A stretch of 64,000 bases of DNA from an uncultured virus (IMG/VR IMGVR_UViG_3300009183_000092) (IMGVR_UViG_3300009183_000092); one strand, 5' to 3'. Positions 49,887 through 59,848 are shown, numbered from the stretch's first letter. Made by a program: numbers and translations. The notes: generated by a model from the letters alone, not told the origin.

Positions 49887-51898
49887 ACACTAGCTTTTTT
49901 TATTTCCTCTATTACCATATCGGCTGTTATTGACCTTTGACATTCAAAGTTCTTATTTCTTGGACACCAATTCCAAAATGGATCTAATTTAATATTAGGG
50001 TCATTCCAACAGCTATTACACACATCAGGCTTAGTTACTCGGTAGCAATCAAATTCATGGTCTGCTTCGGTAAAATTAGAAATCATGACTACTTTTTGAT
50101 TCAAAGCCCATGCTAACCAAGATAATCCACTAGATAATCCAATAAACAATTTAGCCCCTTTAATTACTTCCATTGTATTTTCTATAGATGTATCACTTAT
50201 TTTATGACAATTATCAAATGGGTTATCCTCTTTAGATACATTAACTATATTTTTATACCCTGAATCATATAAATAGTTTATAACCTTTTGCCATCCTTCC
50301 CTAGTCCAAAACTTGCACTCCATTGTAGAATTTGTGGCAATTGCAATATAATCTGGTGCTTTATTACCAAGTATCTCGGTTTTAGTTTTAAGCCTAGGTT
50401 TAACTTCTTCAAATTCTAATCCAAGTATATTGGTAGCAGCTTGCTGTAGTGGTATCGTATTGCATCTTACAGGCTCTTTATTCTCATCCCACTTCCATCC
50501 AACCCTATATAAGGCATAACAATTAACCGTAGCCCCAGGCTCAACTAGCTCTAATTCTGGGTAGTCCAGTATTTTATTCCAAAAACTGGACATTACCACA
50601 TGGCAATTATGCTTTTCTTGGAATTTTAAGGCATATCCACTCCATGCAATTGTGTCACCTAGACTCTTACTATCAATTACTATAAAAACCCTCTTATTGG
50701 TCAGATTTAGGGTGTTTTTGTAGATTAAATAACCATCCTGCCAAACCTTAGCTGTCCATGCGGTGAAATATTGCCTGTTTAACTTAACCCAAGAGTTTGC
50801 TTTTATTGTGTTTTCGTAAGCAATACTACCTTTTTCATCTAAAAATTGAACTTTGAAATTACTATCAGAAATACCTTTAATTTCTAAAAATGGGCCATCA
50901 ACAAAATGCTGTGTAATTTTTACCTTTTGTTTTTGAATAGGTAATTCTAATAATTTCTTATAAGCTGTTTCATGAGCAAAAGCAAATATTGGTGTGGTAT
51001 TATCTGTAGGTACATTGTATGTACATTTTAATGTACGTAAATCTGTATCTATTGGCTGTATGTATTTGGTAAACATATCGCCATATTGAGGTAAGTTTCT
51101 AGCTATGATAGGTAAACCAAAACTTATGGCTTCGCGTAAAACTAATGGGTTACATTCCCAAGTGCTATTAAACATGAAAATATCAGCCATCTCCATAAAA
51201 GTATCAACATCTTTTCTTTCTCCCCATACCTTTACATTATCTGGTATATCTTTCATCAATGGTTCCCAATAATCTTTAAAGTTCCCAGCTTGGGAACCAA
51301 CAAAATGAAATGTCATGTTAGGATATTTGCGAGCAATCTCAAGTCCTTCTCCTTGATTTTTACCCCTAGTCCATAAACCCACATTAAGAACATGTTTACC
51401 ATCTTTTACTGCATTTACTTCTTGTTTATCTATTGGATATTGTATTGTAACAAACTTAGATTCCATATTAGAAAATGTTTGCTCATGGTATGGCGTACAA
51501 AAAGCATATAAATCAGGATAAAATAATTTTTCTTCATCAGGATTAAATGAAATATCATGACACGTTTCTACTATTCTATACTTTCTATTAGGATTATAAA
51601 GTTTAGCTACCATCTGTCTATCTAATCTTTCTGATGGTTCGTCTATATGAATGATGTCTGGTTGCCACTGCTCAATTACTTTAAATAGCTCCATTTTATC
51701 CTCATACAAAGTAGTAAAGTTTTCTAATAGTAAACTTTTTATGGCATCACGTTGTACCACAAAATCCAAGCTATGACATTGATATTCAACTACATAATAT
51801 TCATTTTCGGTATAATCTTTAAGACTTTGTATTCTTTTAAGTATAAATTGCGGGCATCCCCCCGTACTAAGATGCGGTGCTAGAAATAATATTTTCAT
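49883..51898 (-). CDS. Two-domain glycosyltransferase: GT4-like plus TibC/Aah-like O-heptosyltransferase
   Basis: N: PHLSTGG.PQ, KNQG, S.WECNPLV.REA; C: SLGDTIAW, FIGLSSGLSWLAWA, CNSCWND...WCPR...FEC. Confidence 0.78.
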   Translation of the reverse strand: MKILFLAPHLSTGGCPQFILKRIQSLKDYTENEYYVVEYQCHSLDFVVQRDAIKSLLLENFTTLYEDKMELFKVIEQWQPDIIHIDEPSERLDRQMVAKLYNPNRKYRIVETCHDISFNPDEEKLFYPDLYAFCTPYHEQTFSNMESKFVTIQYPIDKQEVNAVKDGKHVLNVGLWTRGKNQGEGLEIARKYPNMTFHFVGSQAGNFKDYWEPLMKDIPDNVKVWGERKDVDTFMEMADIFMFNSTWECNPLVLREAISFGLPIIARNLPQYGDMFTKYIQPIDTDLRTLKCTYNVPTDNTTPIFAFAHETAYKKLLELPIQKQKVKITQHFVDGPFLEIKGISDSNFKVQFLDEKGSIAYENTIKANSWVKLNRQYFTAWTAKVWQDGYLIYKNTLNLTNKRVFIVIDSKSLGDTIAWSGYALKFQEKHNCHVVMSSFWNKILDYPELELVEPGATVNCYALYRVGWKWDENKEPVRCNTIPLQQAATNILGLEFEEVKPRLKTKTEILGNKAPDYIAIATNSTMECKFWTREGWQKVINYLYDSGYKNIVNVSKEDNPFDNCHKISDTSIENTMEVIKGAKLFIGLSSGLSWLAWALNQKVVMISNFTEADHEFDCYRVTKPDVCNSCWNDPNIKLDPFWNWCPRNKNFECQRSITADMVIEEIKKASV

Positions 51899-53243
51899 TA
51901 AATTGGTTTAGTTTATTAATATCTTTTTCGCCATGATAGAATAAGTGGTTTTGTTCCAATGGCACTTTTTGCCAATCTTTAATAAAATATTCATAGTTTC
52001 TATATTCTAGTTTATCATGCAATCCATTAATATAACAGTATGGCAATCCTTTATATGCTTTGTAGTCATATAGCATGGTTTGTAGAATTGTTTCTTCGTT
52101 GAAGCTAGCGTATTTAGAGTTGTCCTTTAGTACAACTGGATGATTGCATCTATAATACCAAAGTTCTAAAAAATCAATACAATTTTGCCCTGCTACAAAA
52201 TATCCTGTTTGCCTATAACCGGTGTTGTGTCTTTCCATTTGATTTGAACCAAACAATTCACAAGCCGGAGCTTCTAATGTACCACTTAAATCTTCCATAC
52301 TTTCAGCTCCACCACGCCCATTAACTATAAGATATTCATATATGCCTTCTGTGAAATAAGGATAGCTAGAATCAGTGTCAAAATAATCAAATATGGTATC
52401 TATTTTATCAGTAGCAATGCTATCTGTATCAATGTAGGCAACAGTTTCAGCAAAGTTTTCTAATGCGTGAGCTACTATTTTAGGGCGTTCAATTAGTAGT
52501 TTATATATTTGTTTATCTTCCCTATCAATATATTCTTTTCTTTTCTTTAAATGTATTACATCACATTGCCATTCAATGCTTAGAGTGTTTTTTATATTTA
52601 CTTTAGTTTTAGAATTAAGTAGATAAACGAAAATAGGAATATCACTATAACTTCTAATGGAATTACAACAAACATCCACAAGATCCAAATAAGACTCATC
52701 AGCATAAAGTACAAAGGCTTTTTCATGTTTTACTTTTTTGTTTATATAATAGCCATAATAATTATTGCCATAAAGAAGCTCTAAGTCTGGATATCTTTGC
52801 TTCATTATATCTGGCGTTAAATCTGGCTGTAAATGGGTTTCATGTGTATTCCCCTCATATTCACCTTGTTCCATTTGATATGGTACTGCAACAATATATT
52901 TTTTTTTATTTTGTTTTAAAAACAACATTACTAATTGTCCTTCCTCTACTGTCAAATGCTCTAATACATCTCCTAAAATAAAAAAATCATATTTGTCAAG
53001 TATAACAAAATCTATCGCAAGTATGTTTTTATGATAAACTACGTCATATTTTTTCTTTAATTCATATTTGTCTATATATGGTTTCCATATTTCTATTGCA
53101 TCCATTTTATAACCATAACCACGCAATAAATCAGAATAAGTACCACATCCAGCTCCAACATCTAATATTTTAGCATCTAATGGCACATGATTCAAAAACC
53201 AATTCCTTACAGAATCTTTGTATAACGGGTAACTTGTCGGCAT
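51867..53243 (-). CDS. Class I SAM methyltransferase fused to GT-A-like domain
   Basis: ILDVGAGCG, GDVLEH; YIDTD (DxD), NEET, YHG. Confidence 0.75.
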   Translation of the reverse strand: MPTSYPLYKDSVRNWFLNHVPLDAKILDVGAGCGTYSDLLRGYGYKMDAIEIWKPYIDKYELKKKYDVVYHKNILAIDFVILDKYDFFILGDVLEHLTVEEGQLVMLFLKQNKKKYIVAVPYQMEQGEYEGNTHETHLQPDLTPDIMKQRYPDLELLYGNNYYGYYINKKVKHEKAFVLYADESYLDLVDVCCNSIRSYSDIPIFVYLLNSKTKVNIKNTLSIEWQCDVIHLKKRKEYIDREDKQIYKLLIERPKIVAHALENFAETVAYIDTDSIATDKIDTIFDYFDTDSSYPYFTEGIYEYLIVNGRGGAESMEDLSGTLEAPACELFGSNQMERHNTGYRQTGYFVAGQNCIDFLELWYYRCNHPVVLKDNSKYASFNEETILQTMLYDYKAYKGLPYCYINGLHDKLEYRNYEYFIKDWQKVPLEQNHLFYHGEKDINKLNQFNENIISSTAS

Positions 53244-53256
53244 AAATTATTTATTT

Positions 53257-53556
53257 TTAATATCTTTCAAAAAGGAATTTACCAACAAATGGGTGAATTT
53301 TAAACATTCCATAATTCACAGCAATTCCTTGATTACAAGAAATTACTAATTTGTGAAAACCTTTTAATTTCTCTCTAAATTCTTCTATATTATCATTCCC
53401 TTTATAATCTTTACATGTATTACAACAAGGCATAAGATTATCATATTCCATTGATTCGGGCATCATTTGATCAACTTTCATATCATTTATTGTAATTCTT
53501 TGTCCACAATAAGCACAAAGACCATCATATTTTTCGTATATTTTTTCTATATTCAT
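53257..53556 (-). CDS. HNH endonuclease-like protein (possibly degenerate)
   Basis: CAYCG...VDQ (His replaced)...NLMPCC.TC. Confidence 0.65.
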   Translation of the reverse strand: MNIEKIYEKYDGLCAYCGQRITINDMKVDQMMPESMEYDNLMPCCNTCKDYKGNDNIEEFREKLKGFHKLVISCNQGIAVNYGMFKIHPFVGKFLFERY

Positions 53557-53641
53557 AAGTTATTTGTTTGATTTACCACAAAGCTATATAATTAATTTAA
53601 TTAAATTAAATAAATATTAATAAAATTATTACCTTTACCAT

Positions 53642-54019
53642 ATGAAAATAGAAGTAAGCATAGGTGAAGTAGTAGATAAATATACCATCTTAACCATCAA
53701 AAAGCTTTTTATACATGACAGCGAAAAGCTTGCAAACATTGAGAAGGAATGGAAGTTAATTAAATCTTCATTGGTCAAAAAGTACCCAGAAACCTTAACA
53801 GATCCATTTACCCAAGAGCTTTATGATATTAACAAAAAATTATGGAAAGTAGAAGATGATATAAGGGATTGTGAGCATAAAAGCTATTTTGGCGAAAAGT
53901 TTGTGGAATTAGCTAGGGAAGTTTACCAATTAAATGATGTAAGAGCCATAATTAAAAAGCAAATCAACCAAAAATATGGTTCGGAACTCGTAGAAGAAAA
54001 ATCTTATAAACACCATTAG
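53642..54019 (+). CDS. DUF6165-like protein
   Basis: IEVSIGEVVDK.TIL.IK...LW.VED.IR...ND.R...K..IN...S.LVEEKSY. Confidence 0.8.
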   Translation: MKIEVSIGEVVDKYTILTIKKLFIHDSEKLANIEKEWKLIKSSLVKKYPETLTDPFTQELYDINKKLWKVEDDIRDCEHKSYFGEKFVELAREVYQLNDVRAIIKKQINQKYGSELVEEKSYKHH

Positions 54020-54244
54020 ATGAATAAATTAAAAGAGATTTTGATTTCATATGCCACCAAGTACAACCCAACAGAAGAACAGCAGAAGGTAGCAGAAAAG
54101 AGACTTGAAATATGCATGGGATGTGAATATTGGAAGCAAACAGCCATAAGAGATTATTGCAGTAAATGTGGGTGTACGACAAGTGCCAAGGTATTTAGTC
54201 CGGTAGGTTCGGCAGCTTGCCCAGATGGGAGGTGGAAAGAGTAA
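54020..54244 (+). CDS. DUF6171-like cysteine-rich protein
   Basis: RLEIC..C...C..CGC...K......CP.GRW. Confidence 0.75.
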   Translation: MNKLKEILISYATKYNPTEEQQKVAEKRLEICMGCEYWKQTAIRDYCSKCGCTTSAKVFSPVGSAACPDGRWKE

Positions 54245-54310
54245 CTGAAAAAAAATATATAATTTAATATAATATAACTAAATTAATCTTATATTTGATA
54301 AAAAATTGAC

Positions 54311-54490
54311 ATGACCAATACTCAAGGGGATGTATCTGCAACAGTTAGTATTTTAGGTGCGGTAGTTACAATAAGTAGCATACAGCCAATTGTAAGTCTT
54401 TGTGCAGGTTTGGTAGCTATAGTTTCAGGTATTTTTGCGGTAAGATATTACTATTGGAAAACTAAACACATGAATAATGATAAATGCTAA
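54311..54490 (+). CDS. Two-TM holin-like protein, missed by ORF track
   Basis: Manual translation MTNTQGDVSATVSILGAVVTISSIQPIVSLCAGLVAIVSGIFAVRYYYWK...; TATATTTG at 54290. Confidence 0.6.
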   Translation: MTNTQGDVSATVSILGAVVTISSIQPIVSLCAGLVAIVSGIFAVRYYYWKTKHMNNDKC

Positions 54491-55043
54491 AAATATATTA
54501 ATAGCTTTATTGGTAATTGTTTTAGGTTTTTTTGTTTTTAGTGATCCAAAATATGTTGGGGGTGGCAATACTACCACTATAGTTACCAAGATAGATACAC
54601 TTTATAGATTAGATACATTAAGAGAATATAAGAAAGGGGATGCAATCCCTTTTGCTGTTTTAGATACAATATACGAAATTGACGAAGTGCATGTTCATGA
54701 TACCACTTATATTGTCAATGATTACAATAAGGTTAAGGTATATTCAGATACTTTACGTATAAATACAGATAATTACGTATCTATTCAAGATACGATTTCA
54801 CAAAATAAGATATTTGGAAGAGGTTATAATGCTCATTTTATTGAAAAAACCATAGTAGTTACCAATGATATATACCATAAGCCTAAGAAAGAGCTTTTTG
54901 TGGGGTTAATTGGCGATTTAAGACGTTTTGATAATAAATTAGGCGTAGGGGTTGGATTGAATTATAAGAAGCAAAATGAGGCTTATACACTGAATTTTAC
55001 TACCAATCAAATTAGTTTCGGATTATATAAAAAATTATTTTAA
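54477..55043 (+). CDS. Membrane-anchored lysis-module protein (spanin-like)
   Basis: N-terminal TM, DT-rich stalk, C-terminal beta strands ending KKLF. Confidence 0.55.
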   Translation: MINAKNILIALLVIVLGFFVFSDPKYVGGGNTTTIVTKIDTLYRLDTLREYKKGDAIPFAVLDTIYEIDEVHVHDTTYIVNDYNKVKVYSDTLRINTDNYVSIQDTISQNKIFGRGYNAHFIEKTIVVTNDIYHKPKKELFVGLIGDLRRFDNKLGVGVGLNYKKQNEAYTLNFTTNQISFGLYKKLF

Positions 55044-55349
55044 ATGGCAACAAGCAAAAAAACAAGCATAACTCCATCTTTATTACCAATGGATTTTAAA
55101 ACATTTGCTAAAAATCCTGTAGTAGCTACTTTATTTATTGTGTTAGGTGCTATTGGGTATTTGTATATTGATGTTAAGAGTACATTTAAGGAACAAGCTG
55201 TATCGCAAGGATTTAGAATTGAGAAAATTGAAGGCAGATTAGATATTGTTCAAGATGCATTAAGAAGAAGTGATTCTGTTAAAGCAGTTACTAGTACTCA
55301 ATTAAGTACATTGAGAGAAATGGGTGCTATAAAATCAACTATAAAATAA
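55044..55349 (+). CDS. Membrane protein
   Basis: Single TM then coiled coil. Confidence 0.6.
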   Translation: MATSKKTSITPSLLPMDFKTFAKNPVVATLFIVLGAIGYLYIDVKSTFKEQAVSQGFRIEKIEGRLDIVQDALRRSDSVKAVTSTQLSTLREMGAIKSTIK

Positions 55350-55687
55350 TGAAATATTTATTTGTTATATTGATTGTGGGTATGTATGGGTGTCAAAATA
55401 TAACAGCTCAAGGTAAAGATAAAACTTTGGCGAAAGACGCAGATTTTGAAAATTTGATGAAACAAGTTAAAGAAAATGATCAATTGACTTTTAAAATAAG
55501 TGCTGACGCAACTGCTGAACAAAAGCAAATAGTAGAAGAAACAGTTAATAAAATAGTCGCATTGAAAGAAGAAAATAAAGACTTAAAAGAACAGTTAAAT
55601 GAAACAAAAGCAAAACTTGATAATGCTAGTATTGATACTCTTATCCCATTCACTCTTAGCCCAATATCCAATAAAAAGGATTTTTAA
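55349..55687 (+). CDS. Lipoprotein, coiled coil
   Basis: Signal peptide with MYGC lipobox. Confidence 0.6.
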   Translation: MKYLFVILIVGMYGCQNITAQGKDKTLAKDADFENLMKQVKENDQLTFKISADATAEQKQIVEETVNKIVALKEENKDLKEQLNETKAKLDNASIDTLIPFTLSPISNKKDF

Positions 55688-55988
55688 GGGTGATTCGGTA
55701 GTGATAATGAAAGTATCTCAAGCTGACACAATTAATTTGCTTTATAAAAATTATAATGATACGATAAACGATTTAAAAAATTCAATAAAAATTAAAAAAT
55801 TAGTAGTAGATAGTTTAAATAGTGAAATTTTAGATTTAAACATAAAAAAAGAAAATTATAAAACAAGATATGAAGAACGATTAAAAATGCCTACAAAATA
55901 CCAATATCATGATGACGGTTGGGACTTTGCACAAAAATTAGTATTGATTGGTATTATCGTTTTACAATTTTTTACAATAAAAAGATAA
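55599..55988 (+). CDS. Secreted/membrane protein
   Basis: Signal peptide ending SLLA-Q; C-terminal TM. Confidence 0.55.
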   Translation: MKQKQNLIMLVLILLSHSLLAQYPIKRIFKGDSVVIMKVSQADTINLLYKNYNDTINDLKNSIKIKKLVVDSLNSEILDLNIKKENYKTRYEERLKMPTKYQYHDDGWDFAQKLVLIGIIVLQFFTIKR

Positions 55989-55992
55989 AAAT

Positions 55993-56259
55993 ATGAAACA
56001 GTTTTTTTGTGACGAAACAGGTCAATTAAGTATGAAGCGTATATGCGGTTTGCTTTGTACGGTATCTTTATGTGTTACTATGTACCACAATAGTTTTAGT
56101 GAAGAGCATACAGCTCCCAGTGCAATTCTAGTAGAATCAGTAGCTTTGTTGGCTTTTGGTTGCTTAGGTTTAACAGCAGTAGAAAAAATATTTAAAAATA
56201 AAAACAATAACAATGAAAGATCAGAAAACTCTGGAGAGAATACAACTCCTACATCCTAA
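55993..56259 (+). CDS. Holin-like protein
   Basis: SMKR motif, two TM segments, directly upstream of endolysin. Confidence 0.6.
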   Translation: MKQFFCDETGQLSMKRICGLLCTVSLCVTMYHNSFSEEHTAPSAILVESVALLAFGCLGLTAVEKIFKNKNNNNERSENSGENTTPTS

Positions 56260-56719
56260 ATTAAGAGAAGAAGCATTAACAATGTATGATGAAATTGTTG
56301 CTGCCTTAACTGGTACAGCAATTTGTCGTTTTTCTTATACTTTAAGAACTTTTGCAGAGCAAGATGCACTATATGCACAAGGTAGAACAAAGCCTGGGGC
56401 TATCGTAACTAAGGCCAAAGGTGGTCAATCTTACCATAACTATGGTCTAGCTATTGATATCGTATTATTAGTAGATACTGATAAAAATGGCACATTTGAG
56501 ACTGCAAGCTGGGATTTAAAAACAGACTTTGATGGTGATGGTAAAAGTGATTGGCAAGAGATTGTAGCTATCTTTAAAAGATATGGCTATGAGTGGGGCG
56601 GAGATTGGAAATTTAATGACGCTCCCCACTTCCAAAAAACACTTGGTAAATCAGTTGCAGAGTTGCAAGCATTATATAACGCAGGCAAAGTAGATAAAAA
56701 TAACTTTGTCTTAATATAA
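56213..56719 (+). CDS. Endolysin, M15 (L-Ala-D-Glu peptidase-like)
   Basis: RT..EQ..LYAQGR, SYHNYGLAID, WGGDW..DAPHFQ. Confidence 0.92.
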   Translation: MKDQKTLERIQLLHPKLREEALTMYDEIVAALTGTAICRFSYTLRTFAEQDALYAQGRTKPGAIVTKAKGGQSYHNYGLAIDIVLLVDTDKNGTFETASWDLKTDFDGDGKSDWQEIVAIFKRYGYEWGGDWKFNDAPHFQKTLGKSVAELQALYNAGKVDKNNFVLI

Positions 56720-56723
56720 ATTT

Positions 56724-57731
56724 ATGCCATCAATTAATGGTAATTCAAAAATAGCAAGGGCATACAGGGCTAAATACCCCGATATGCCCACTTTGAAGTT
56801 AGCAAGAATAATGTACAATGAAAACAATCTAACTTTCCCAAATTTAGAGGGGGCTAGAGGTACATTAAGGTACATAGAAGGTAAAAATGGAGAAGGTCAA
56901 AGAAAAAAAATTACCAAAAAAAATACTGAATTTTTAAAAGAAGAAGCTAGGCCATACAATCCATATAGTCTGCCTAAATCAGATGAAACTGCATTTGAGC
57001 CTTATGTATTCAAAGGACATAAGAAAGTTTTAATTCTTTCTGATATTCATGTGCCATATCATAGCATAGATGCCATAACTGCGGCTATCCAATATGCAAA
57101 AAAATCAAAGCCTGATGCCCTTCTTTTAAACGGAGATACCATAGACTGCCACAGATTAAGTCGGTTTATAAAAGATCCAAAAAAGCGTAACTTTAAGCTA
57201 GAGTTAGATACATTCAAAGAGTTATTTGATGTGTTTGAAAAGCAATTAAAGTGCAAAATCTATTTTAAAATAGGTAATCATGAAGAAAGATACGAGCATT
57301 TCCTTTATGAGAAAGCCGGTGAATTGGTAGGCATAGAGGAGTTTGAGTTTGAAAACATCATCAAAGCTAGAGCCAGAGGTATAGAAATTATAGGAGATAA
57401 AAGGCCTATGAAATTAAATAATCTGTGGGGAATTCATGGCCACGAATACGTAGGTGGTATTTCGGCTCCTGTTAACCCTGCTAGGGGGTTATTCTTAAAA
57501 GCTAAGGTAAGTACCTTCCAAGGCCATAACCACCAAACAAGTGAGCATACAGAGCCTACATTGACTGGGAAAATGGTTACCACGTGGTCTCTAGGTTGTT
57601 TAAGTGAATTGCATCCAGCCTATATGCCACTAAACAAATGGAACCATGGTTTTGCAGAGGTAGATTTAGATTCTAACGGAGAAGATTTTGAATTCAACAA
57701 TAAGCGTATCTTTAAGGGCAAAATATTATAG
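56724..57731 (+). CDS. Calcineurin-like metallophosphoesterase
   Basis: SDIH, GD..D, GNHE, HGH, GH.H. Confidence 0.88.
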   Translation: MPSINGNSKIARAYRAKYPDMPTLKLARIMYNENNLTFPNLEGARGTLRYIEGKNGEGQRKKITKKNTEFLKEEARPYNPYSLPKSDETAFEPYVFKGHKKVLILSDIHVPYHSIDAITAAIQYAKKSKPDALLLNGDTIDCHRLSRFIKDPKKRNFKLELDTFKELFDVFEKQLKCKIYFKIGNHEERYEHFLYEKAGELVGIEEFEFENIIKARARGIEIIGDKRPMKLNNLWGIHGHEYVGGISAPVNPARGLFLKAKVSTFQGHNHQTSEHTEPTLTGKMVTTWSLGCLSELHPAYMPLNKWNHGFAEVDLDSNGEDFEFNNKRIFKGKIL

Positions 57732-57735
57732 TGCC

Positions 57736-58158
57736 ATGAAGCAGAAGTTATATAAGACTTATACTTATAAGATACCTACGTTTTACGTTACCATTAAAAT
57801 AATGGTTGCGCCTAAAATGTCTGATATGCTTTCCGATAAGATATTTGAGTTAGATGATAACAAAGATAACTACGCAAAAACTGCTGCTGCTTTATGCCTA
57901 ACATACAAGGATGACATATACCTTTGCTTGCCAAATGAAGGCAAATTTGCCACCGAATTCATGTTTCATGAGATAATCCATGCCAAGAACTTTATATACT
58001 CAAAAAGAGGCGTTAAATTAGATGTAGACAATGATGAGAATGAAGCATACCTTGTCCAATATATTTATAGCAAGTGCGAGGATGCTAAAAAGAAATTCGC
58101 TAAATTTATATCAAATTCTCAAAAGCCTGCTGATGAAAGCGTACCGAGTGTATTTTAA
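57736..58158 (+). CDS. HExxH-motif protein
   Basis: MFHEIIH...DENEAY. Confidence 0.65.
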   Translation: MKQKLYKTYTYKIPTFYVTIKIMVAPKMSDMLSDKIFELDDNKDNYAKTAAALCLTYKDDIYLCLPNEGKFATEFMFHEIIHAKNFIYSKRGVKLDVDNDENEAYLVQYIYSKCEDAKKKFAKFISNSQKPADESVPSVF

Positions 58159-58303
58159 AAAAAACGGCATAAACCTAACTAAATTGGTCTATGCCGAGTC
58201 TTTATTGGAGGTGCTTAATCAATTCAAAGGAATGGATGTCATAATGGTAAAAGAAATTGATTTATTACCAGATGGAGATATTGATATTATTTCTTTGAAT
58301 TAA
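58133..58303 (+). CDS. Hypothetical protein
   Basis: MKAYRVYFKK... from ATG 58133. Confidence 0.5.
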   Translation: MKAYRVYFKKNGINLTKLVYAESLLEVLNQFKGMDVIMVKEIDLLPDGDIDIISLN

Positions 58304-58308
58304 ATATT

Positions 58309-58506
58309 CTAATTATTTTTTATTTTATTATAATTATTAAAATCAACAGCTAATTTTATAATATTTAAAAAATCTGGGCTCTCCTCTAATCCAATAGCAA
58401 GTAAAAATCCTAAATCCTCCATTTCTCCATCAATTTCAATTTTAGATTCATTTTCAGTTAATTCCAAATAAATTTTTGCATTTTTTGGTTTGTAGTCATA
58501 TTTCAT
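58309..58506 (-). CDS. Hypothetical protein
   Basis: ORF in minus-strand array. Confidence 0.55.
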   Translation of the reverse strand: MKYDYKPKNAKIYLELTENESKIEIDGEMEDLGFLLAIGLEESPDFLNIIKLAVDFNNYNKIKNN

Positions 58507-58516
58507 TTTTTTTAAT

Positions 58517-58708
58517 TTAATCTAGTTTAATAATTAATTCATAAATATCAATGCCATTTGGTTTTACTTCCGAGTTCCATATTGCTAACATTCTTTTTCT
58601 ATGATAAACACTATGAAACTTATATTCCCTAATTAGTTTACCGCTCTTGAATAATTGCATTGTCCCCTTTATTTTGCTTCCCCAGTCTTTCGGCCTCTTG
58701 TTCATCAT
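58517..58708 (-). CDS. Hypothetical protein
   Basis: ORF in minus-strand array. Confidence 0.55.
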   Translation of the reverse strand: MMNKRPKDWGSKIKGTMQLFKSGKLIREYKFHSVYHRKRMLAIWNSEVKPNGIDIYELIIKLD

Positions 58709-58820
58709 AAATTTTTTTTAATTCTTTATAATCTGCAATTAATTTATTGATCCTTTCTCTCAAGGTTTCGTTTTCCAATTTAAGGAGATAGTTTTGCCCC
58801 ATTTCATATTGGTTTCTCAT
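58638..58820 (-). CDS. Coiled-coil hypothetical protein
   Basis: ORF in minus-strand array. Confidence 0.55.
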   Translation of the reverse strand: MRNQYEMGQNYLLKLENETLRERINKLIADYKELKKIYDEQEAERLGKQNKGDNAIIQER

Positions 58821-59056
58821 TAGTTGTCGGTTTCTGTGTTTGACAATATAAACTTCCTATCGGGCAATGGGTTAGCAGCCCATTTATTATATAAATCGTA
58901 CATTTCCTCGTATCTCTCTTGATTATACCATGCATTGTGGTATATTTCTGCTATTATCATTTGCCTTTCGTATGGGGTGAATTCTGCAAATGTTGTGAAA
59001 GTTTGTGGTTGTGTTGGTGTTCCCAATACTTGTTCGCTGATTGATTTGTTTCCCAT
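58820..59056 (-). CDS. Hypothetical protein
   Basis: ORF in minus-strand array. Confidence 0.6.
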   Translation of the reverse strand: MGNKSISEQVLGTPTQPQTFTTFAEFTPYERQMIIAEIYHNAWYNQERYEEMYDLYNKWAANPLPDRKFILSNTETDN

Positions 59057-59073
59057 GTTTTTTTGTTTTGTGT

Positions 59074-59277
59074 TTAAAAATTTACATCTACTGTTAATAC
59101 GTGTACTTTACCTACTCTATTATACTTTATTACTTCCGGCAATATCATGTTATTCTTTATACGATATTTTATAGCCTGCTGTGTTAATGAAGCATTAGGA
59201 TTCTTTCTGTTTGACCTGAAATAATCAGGACTAATTTTTTCTGAATATTCCTTAACACTAATTTGTTTCGTTTTCAT
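59074..59277 (-). CDS. Putative HTH DNA-binding protein
   Basis: ISVKEY...TQQAIKYRIK. Confidence 0.55.
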   Translation of the reverse strand: MKTKQISVKEYSEKISPDYFRSNRKNPNASLTQQAIKYRIKNNMILPEVIKYNRVGKVHVLTVDVNF

Positions 59278-59470
59278 TTTTTATTTCAATTGTTTTAATA
59301 GATTCTTTGAAAGTTTCTTGTTCATTGTTAGTAATAATAGTATGAAGATAATCTTCCACTTTTGCAAGGTCAGAGCTAGCAGAATTCATTATATATCTGC
59401 CATCCTTTTCAATGTAATAAAGTACATCACCGGTAAAAGACGTTTCTTTTACGATTTCAAATTTTGCCAT
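59258..59470 (-). CDS. Hypothetical protein
   Basis: ATG at 59470 (MAKFEIV) with A-rich leader. Confidence 0.6.
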   Translation of the reverse strand: MAKFEIVKETSFTGDVLYYIEKDGRYIMNSASSDLAKVEDYLHTIITNNEQETFKESIKTIEIKNENETN

Positions 59471-59483
59471 GTTTTTTGGTTTT

Positions 59484-59726
59484 TTAGTTATTAAAATATT
59501 CATTAAATATTGATTCAAATACGCTTAGTTTATTTGACGATGCTGAATTTATCTCTTCGGTAAATTCTTCCCATTGGTCATCATCTAAGTATATATCCCA
59601 TTTCTCGGCAAGGGATTGCCACATCACAATAAGATCTTCCATGTCCAAGTATGGAAAGTTATTGTCTTTAAACATTCGGTGCATTGTGTCGCAAAGCATT
59701 GCTTCTTTTGTTAGTTCTTTACCCAT
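59484..59726 (-). CDS. Acidic hypothetical protein
   Basis: ORF in minus-strand array. Confidence 0.6.
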   Translation of the reverse strand: MGKELTKEAMLCDTMHRMFKDNNFPYLDMEDLIVMWQSLAEKWDIYLDDDQWEEFTEEINSASSNKLSVFESIFNEYFNN

Positions 59727-59848
59727 TTTATTATTCTTTTAAGTTCAAAAAATATGTGTGCAGTGAGGTATAAAATAATAGCTAATGGCAAACCAATAAT
59801 TAACAAATGCAAAAATTGGAGCATAGTAATGATTGTTGATTTAATCAT
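59711..59848 (-). CDS. 45-aa membrane peptide
   Basis: Manual translation MIKSTIITMLQFLHLLIIGLPLAIILYLTAHIFF... Confidence 0.5.
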   Translation of the reverse strand: MIKSTIITMLQFLHLLIIGLPLAIILYLTAHIFFELKRIIKWVKN

